A stretch of 64,000 bases of DNA from the human T2T-CHM13v2.0 reference genome, Homo sapiens. The notes below the pieces were generated by a model, which saw only the letters and a program-made list of their open reading frames with translations, was not told the origin of the DNA and ran no database searches. Where the stretch lies: assembly GCF_009914755.1 (NCBI RefSeq), contig NC_060936.1; one strand, 5' to 3'. Positions 57,873 through 64,000 of this stretch are shown piece by piece (the stretch's first letter is position 1; every line of letters begins with the position of its first letter). Both the position numbers and the translations under genes were made by a program.

Positions 57873-58819
57873 GTAAGTATGCTTTTTAAGTTGTACATTA
57901 AAAAATATAATTGAATTCATTTGCACAATCTGTTATGTCATTCATCGATAATAAGGAGAACAAATCTTCAATCAGTAACTTAAATTAATTCGTCGGAGTA
58001 CTCATAAATGCTACACCTTAAGTCTTTTAGGTACTCTGCATGTTATAAATAGTTACATTATTTGATAATAATTTTATTTTTCTTCTCCTCTTCTCCAACT
58101 TAATCATTAGCCCAAGTTTACAATAGAGAGGATTAAAAGAAAATTAAGGGACCTGAATAATATAGAAAAGGGATATGCAGTACTTAAATAAGCATTTGAT
58201 TCATATAATAAAATAATGCAGTGTGGAGTCTAAGGTCCTTTTTTGGTCGAATCTTCATGTGCACAGAAAGGGGACCCGCCTTGACAACAGTCACCAGCAT
58301 CAGGTAATTGTGAGACTCTCAACTGTGGTAGGCAATTGGTGAGATAATGTAAAAGCACCTTGTAAATGCTAGTGCTAAACATTAGATAGTATTATCTGCC
58401 TCTGTTGCCTCTTTCTTAGAGACCAGGAAATAGTGCACAAAGCAGGAATACTATTCTCTGTTCCTCTTTTTCATATAGTTCCCTCTCGGTCTGATCCTTT
58501 TAAGAACTTTGTCATTTGCTCATTTTGGCTTTGGCTTCCCATGCCTACTGATTCTTTTTAGCCCCACTTTATTGCTGAAAAGGAGAAACAGTAGCTCTGA
58601 AAAAACTCTCTAATGATAAATGATAGGAGAAGCTTAAAACTATGGATCATTTAGCAGAGGGCAGGCTTCAGGCAGTTGATTCTCAATTATGGAATAATTG
58701 TATTTACCACCTATCGAGCACTTACATGTTTCAGGCATTGTACTAAGAGCTTCACAGGCATTATCTTATTTATTCCTTACATTTATCCCGTAAGGTGGGT
58801 ATTACCTCCATCTAAAGAC

Positions 58820-59390
58820 ATTGGGGCATCCAGGCAGAGATGTAAAGTATGTAGACAGATATAAAAATCTACAGCTCAGGAAAAAATGTAGATTGGAGAT
58901 AAGGATTTAGAAGTCATTAGCATATAGATGGTAGTTTTAAGTATAGATAAAATTGTTCATAGACTATAAGAATTCCAGATGGAATTCTGAAAGCATCATT
59001 TAAGATATGAATGAAGAGGCAGTCTAGGAAGGAGCGTGAGAAGAGCTCCAGCAAGGTAGGAAAATCAGGAGAGAACATGGAATAGATAAAAACACAGCAG
59101 AGCTTTTCAAGAAAGAGGGTATGATCAGCATCTTAAATATTGTAAAGAAGTTATGCAAGATAATTAATGAAATGTATCCCTTAGATTTGTATCCTTTAAT
59201 TGGAATTGAAAATTGAAGGTCAATTTACCTTAAACAATTTTAGTAGAATAATGGGGCCAAAAGCCAGACTAGAGTGTGTTAAGCAACAAACGTGAAGAGA
59301 GGAGAAAATTACAAATGTTGACTAATTTTCAGTGAGCCTATTCGTGGAGCATAGGAGAGAGAGTGACAGCTTCAGGGGAATGCAGACTAG
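58820..59390. mobile_element. L2 fragment
   Basis: ttggagataaggatttagaagtcattagcatatagatggta L2 3'-region similarity. Confidence 0.6.
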
Positions 59391-59954
59391 AGGGACTGAT
59401 GCTGATTGGTTAGTGGTTTTTTGAGAAATTTAAGCATATTTACTAGGGGAAAAATGTCTATGGAAACTAAAAAAACTACAGTGACTATTAGTACCTCAAT
59501 AAAGAAGACTATTGGAATTTTCCCTGCTTTTTAAGTGAAATTGACCTGGGAGTATTTAAATTTGCCTTAAATCATATGGTTGTTTTTATTATAATTTTTC
59601 CTTATGTACACAAGTAGTGGGTAATTATTGTGAAAAAACTTCAGACTTTACAGGAGTTCATAAATTAGAAAATAAAAGTCTTTATAACATCAGTGATAAC
59701 TATTAGCAATTTGATATATGGTATATATTTTTTTCCCTCTGCATATACCGTTACCTATGTGTGAGCACATGTTGTTCTGTAACTTTTTTAACTTAACAGT
59801 GTAGTCAACTGATAATTCAATAATGGAAGTAAAGGTAAAAATAAACTAAGCCTACAGAGATTTTTACATCTTTGCTATTTAATATGTGATGAACCTCCAT
59901 ATTCAGGAATTTTATTTACAAACACCTTATCTATTCTTTGTCCTTCCTCTTTAG

Positions 59955-60039
59955 AGTGGATGTAACTGAAATTCAGATAGCTTTAGTGATTGTCTTTGTG
60001 TTGTCTGCATTTGGAGGAGCAACAATGTGGGACTATACG
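59955..60039 (+). CDS. CHPT1: CHPT1 exon 4 (VDVTEIQIALVIVFVLSAFGGATMWDYT)
   Basis: tttag| ... acg|gtaaat, 85 nt. Confidence 0.96.
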
Positions 60040-60959
60040 GTAAATCTGAATATTTAAATTTATATTTAAGTACTTTTCAAATATTTAGGAAAAAGTATTG
60101 CATTGTTAATTTTCTTCAAAAATCCTTGGCATTGTATTTAATTTTTTTTTTTTAATTGGTGTATTTAATATTTGTTCCATTTCTTAACATTTTTTTCTTC
60201 ATTTTATAATGTGTATTATCCTATATACCTTATGGCATTTCCTCCTATGCTTGAGTATATTGCCACATAGAAGAAGACAACCTCATTTCCCTAATACTAA
60301 ATAAAACAAAAACAACAACAAAAAACACACATTGGAATAACTTTTTCCAGGGTGAAATAAAATAAATATTTTAAAAATAAATCCAGTAAAATGTTTTACA
60401 TTTAAAACTTGTCACTCAATATTAGGAAAGTAGTTAATTTGCATTTTTATAATCTACTTTGAGGTGAAGATTCCCATATTAAGGAATGTTTTTATTTTCT
60501 GCCTGCTTGGTGACCTCAGTAGTTTCATAAAAGTTGGCTCTTAGGAGGCCACTGTCATAAATTCAAGCTTTTTTGCAAAAGAAGAACATTTCTGAAGAAA
60601 CAGTTGTCCTGTTACCACAACGTAAGTCCACCATACTGGCTAACTGACTCACACTTTCTGCTCATAGTGTTAAGAATAATAATAATAAGGATATCAATAG
60701 TCAACAACTAACAGTCATTCAATACTTATGTTCCTAAACATTCACCATCTGCCCCTCAGTTTTATCTGCCCCTCAGAACAATCCTATAAAATAGATATTA
60801 TTAGTATTATGCTTTATAAATAAGTCTTAGGGTGATTAAGTAATTTGTCCAAGGACACATGAGAAGTGCTGGAGCTAGGAATTAAACAGACTGATTCCAG
60901 ACTGTATGTAATCACTAAGCTATATATCTAGTAAAAATAGTAAGTGATACAAAACTAAA

Positions 60960-61640
60960 CATAGTTTTGTGGTAAACATGATCAGCAGTCACACTCCTTG
61001 TTATTTACCTAAATGATTTGAAAACTTATGTCCACACAAAAACCTGTACACAAATGTTTACAGCAGCTTTATTCATAATTGCCAAAATTTGAAAGCAACT
61101 AAGATGTCCTTCATCTTAGCTGGATAAACTAATGCTAAAAAGAAATGAGCTATCAAGCCATGAAAAGAAGTTATGCGAGGAACTTATGGAGTTCCAAGAA
61201 GTTATGGAGGAACCTTAAATGTTTGTTACTAAGAGAAAGAAGCCAATCTGAAAAGTCTGCATATTGTGTGATTCCAACTATATGACATTCTTTAAAAAGG
61301 CAAAATTATGGAGACAGTAAAAGGATCAGAAGTTACCATGGGTTGGAGGAAGAAGGGATGAATAGGTGAAGCACAGAGAATTTTTAGGGCAGTAAAACTA
61401 TTTTGTATGATACTAAATGGTGGCTACATGTCATTATACATTCGTCATAGCACACAGAATGTGTAACACCAAGATTGAACTCTAATGTAAACTATGAACT
61501 TTGGGTGATAATGACGTGTCAATGTAGGTTCACCAGTTGTAACAAACGTACCACGCTGGTGTAGGATGTTGTTGGCAGAGGGAGGGGTGGCTATATACTT
61601 TTCCACTCAAATTTTGTTGCAAACCTAAAACCACTCAAAA
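60960..61640 (+). mobile_element. L1M (MB/MC-type) 3' end
   Basis: aaaacttatgtccacacaaaaacctgtacacaaatgtt...ctaatgtaaactatgaactttgggtgataatgacgtgtcaatgtaggttca. Confidence 0.8.
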
Positions 61641-61667
61641 AAATTAAGTCCATTAAAAACACAGTAT

Positions 61668-61909
61668 GAGGCCAGGAGTTCAAGACCAGCCTGGGTAACT
61701 TAGCAAGACCTTGCCTCTACAAAAATTCTGTAAAACTTTAGCCAGGCATGGTGGCATGCACCTGTAGTCCCAGCTACTCAGGAGGCTGAGGCAGGAGGGT
61801 CAACTGAACCCAGGAGTTCAAGGCTGCAATGAGCCATTATCATGCCACTGACTACACTCCTGCCTGAGTGACACAGCAAGACCCCATCTTTAAAAAAAAA
61901 AAAAAAAAA
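61668..61909 (+). mobile_element. AluJ, 5'-truncated
   Basis: Starts at gaggccaggagttcaagacc. Confidence 0.88.
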
Positions 61910-62154
61910 GATTTCCCTGTAGCATTTAGTATCAGAATTGCCAATTATCATTTGTCAGTAGGCTCCGAAATAGACTTTGGGCATGTTTTTAAGTAGTAGT
62001 GATAGATTCTTCAATACATTCATATTCCCTCTCATCATGTAAGAGTAAATAGAATCAAGGATATGCTACTATAGGCCCATACAAGATAACAGAGGGATGC
62101 TATGCGTTTTTTGTAGTAACTGTTCAGGTTGTGCCCGTAAGAAGGTAAATGTAC

Positions 62155-62430
<276 letters not shown>

Positions 62431-63034
62431 TTAGACAACTCTAGTTATTAAGTCAGGTGTGGTTGTCTTAAATTTGGAATTGAATCTTAAAATTGTTTCA
62501 CTCAATGTTTTGGCAATATCGTAGGAAGAAAACATACCTGCTTATTCTTACCAACAAGAATGCTTACTTTTGATTCAGGTTTTCTAAATTTAATTATTAA
62601 CCTGTAGTTTCCACAAATTTTGGTACATTATTTCAGTCTATTTTCTAAACATAGTAGCCTCTAGCTTCTGGCAATTCATTGTTACTGTTTTTTAAATCCT
62701 TTGCTGCCTTTGGAAGTTTTCTTGAACAGCAGTTGACCAACAGGTAAATATATTGCTAGAGATTTAATCCTGGATATTAACTACACAGATGTTTTGCTTG
62801 CATACACATCATGATATTTGTTACATTTATGATGCAAATCATGGTGTCTCCCTTTCCTGTGATGCTACTTTTTAGAAGCTACTAAATTCAAATGAACTAT
62901 CCTTTTTCATGTTTAAGTCAGATGAAATCTTATGAGATTAAACATTTAGTCATAGTTATATAAACAGACTAAGCTGGTTTGGTGGATTCATCTTTCACTT
63001 ATGAAGAAAGCAGTTTCAAAAAAAAGTCACTTTA

Positions 63035-63142
63035 GGCTGGTCCAATGGTAGTCAGTTATCTCAATTGATTGCTCACAGTCAGTTACAGGTCAAACTCCTT
63101 GTTCTTCTCTTTTCCCCCCTCACTACTGTACTTGGCTAGTCT
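63035..63142 (+). pseudogene. Processed Y1 RNA (RNY1) pseudogene with A-rich tail
   Basis: ggctggtccaatggtagtcagttatctcaattgattgctcacagtcagttacag...cactactgtacttggctagtct closely follows hY1; A-rich tail instead of a Pol III T-run. Confidence 0.92.
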
Positions 63143-63349
63143 ACAAAAAATAATAAAAATTTAAAAACTAAAAAAAAAAGTTAAAAAAAAGTTTTTAAGT
63201 TATCACTTTGGATTATATTCCAGAAGTTAAGGTTTGATCACAAGAAAAAGGATAGCTTATTGTACAGGGCTTATCATTATGTTTCTTTATTATTTAATAA
63301 AAAACCAAAATTCTGTTGTCTTAATTGTTTCTTTCTTCTACCCCTAAAG

Positions 63350-63481
63350 ATTCCTATTCTAGAAATAAAATTGAAGATCCTTCCAGTTCTTGGATTTCTA
63401 GGTGGAGTAATATTTTCCTGTTCAAATTATTTCCATGTTATCCTCCATGGTGGTGTTGGCAAGAATGGATCCACTATAGCA
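63350..63481 (+). CDS. CHPT1: CHPT1 exon 5 ([44 protein letters not shown]); gene continues beyond window
   Basis: taaag| ... gca|gtaagg, 132 nt; [11 protein letters not shown] conserved in CHPT1/CEPT1. Confidence 0.96.
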
Positions 63482-64000
63482 GTAAGGCAATAATTTCATC
63501 ATTCAGTGTCAATTTTATGATACATTTTCTTATCACCAGTTATAAAAAGATTAAAATATGCCAAAGTTCAAGAATGGGGAAGGAAACTAAGTATCTTAAA
63601 GAATTCATTTTAGGCACATAGTACAAAAGCATTTTAAAAACAGTTTAAACTGATATTTTCCTCTTTCTACAAGCTTGCTCTGCATAGACTTTTCTGACAT
63701 CTAGTTTCATTACTGCACATAATTAAGAGTTGCCATTTGTTTTCCTGCATTTTGTGCCTTGAACTAATAGCAGAGAGGAGAAAGGGTAGGGAATGTATGA
63801 GTTCCTGATTGAAAGCAGGAAAGTGGCCAGAGGTCAATGGTTTCACATATGGGGGGATTTATTACTCATCAAGTAAATTTTATTGAAATTTCACTGAAAT
63901 ATATTTAAAAGAACTATTCTAATATTTCAAAAGGTAAAATTTTAACTTTAATTCTTAAGTGGGTATACTTTGTGCTTGTGTTCTTTACACCTTGCTCATG

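Overview
Primate (human-like) genomic DNA. I recognise it as the MYBPC1-CHPT1 locus (human 12q23.2, from recall of the encoded proteins). The left half holds the 3' part of MYBPC1 (slow skeletal myosin-binding protein C, + strand). It has 14 coding exons covering domains C5-C10, including a 54-nt cassette in C7 and a 59-nt frame-switching cassette that changes the C-terminus, plus a non-coding last exon ending near 29.1 kb. After about 11.5 kb of repeat-rich intergenic DNA, a CpG island (~40.45-41.75 kb) carries exon 1 of CHPT1 (cholinephosphotransferase 1, + strand); exons 2-5 follow and the gene runs off the right edge. The rest is about 30 Alus, L1/L2/MIR fragments, LTRs, DNA-transposon MITEs, a Y1 RNA pseudogene and microsatellites. 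Most ORFs in the supplied track are Alu, L1 or GC-rich artefacts. I see no convincing new multi-gene system. The most interesting observations are: (1) a perfect 662-bp tandem duplication with a chimeric Alu junction in CHPT1 intron 1; (2) a possible 67-nt intron and an in-frame GTG start in the CHPT1 5' leader; (3) a transposon-free, exon-like intron inside MYBPC1 C7 with candidate cryptic or micro-exons; (4) two long AT-rich palindromes beside a DR1 site; (5) a 137-bp dispersed duplication ending in a snap-back hairpin; (6) an L1PA with a probable short 3' transduction. Exon coordinates were read by hand from splice sites and reading frame. Repeat boundaries and subfamilies are approximate.
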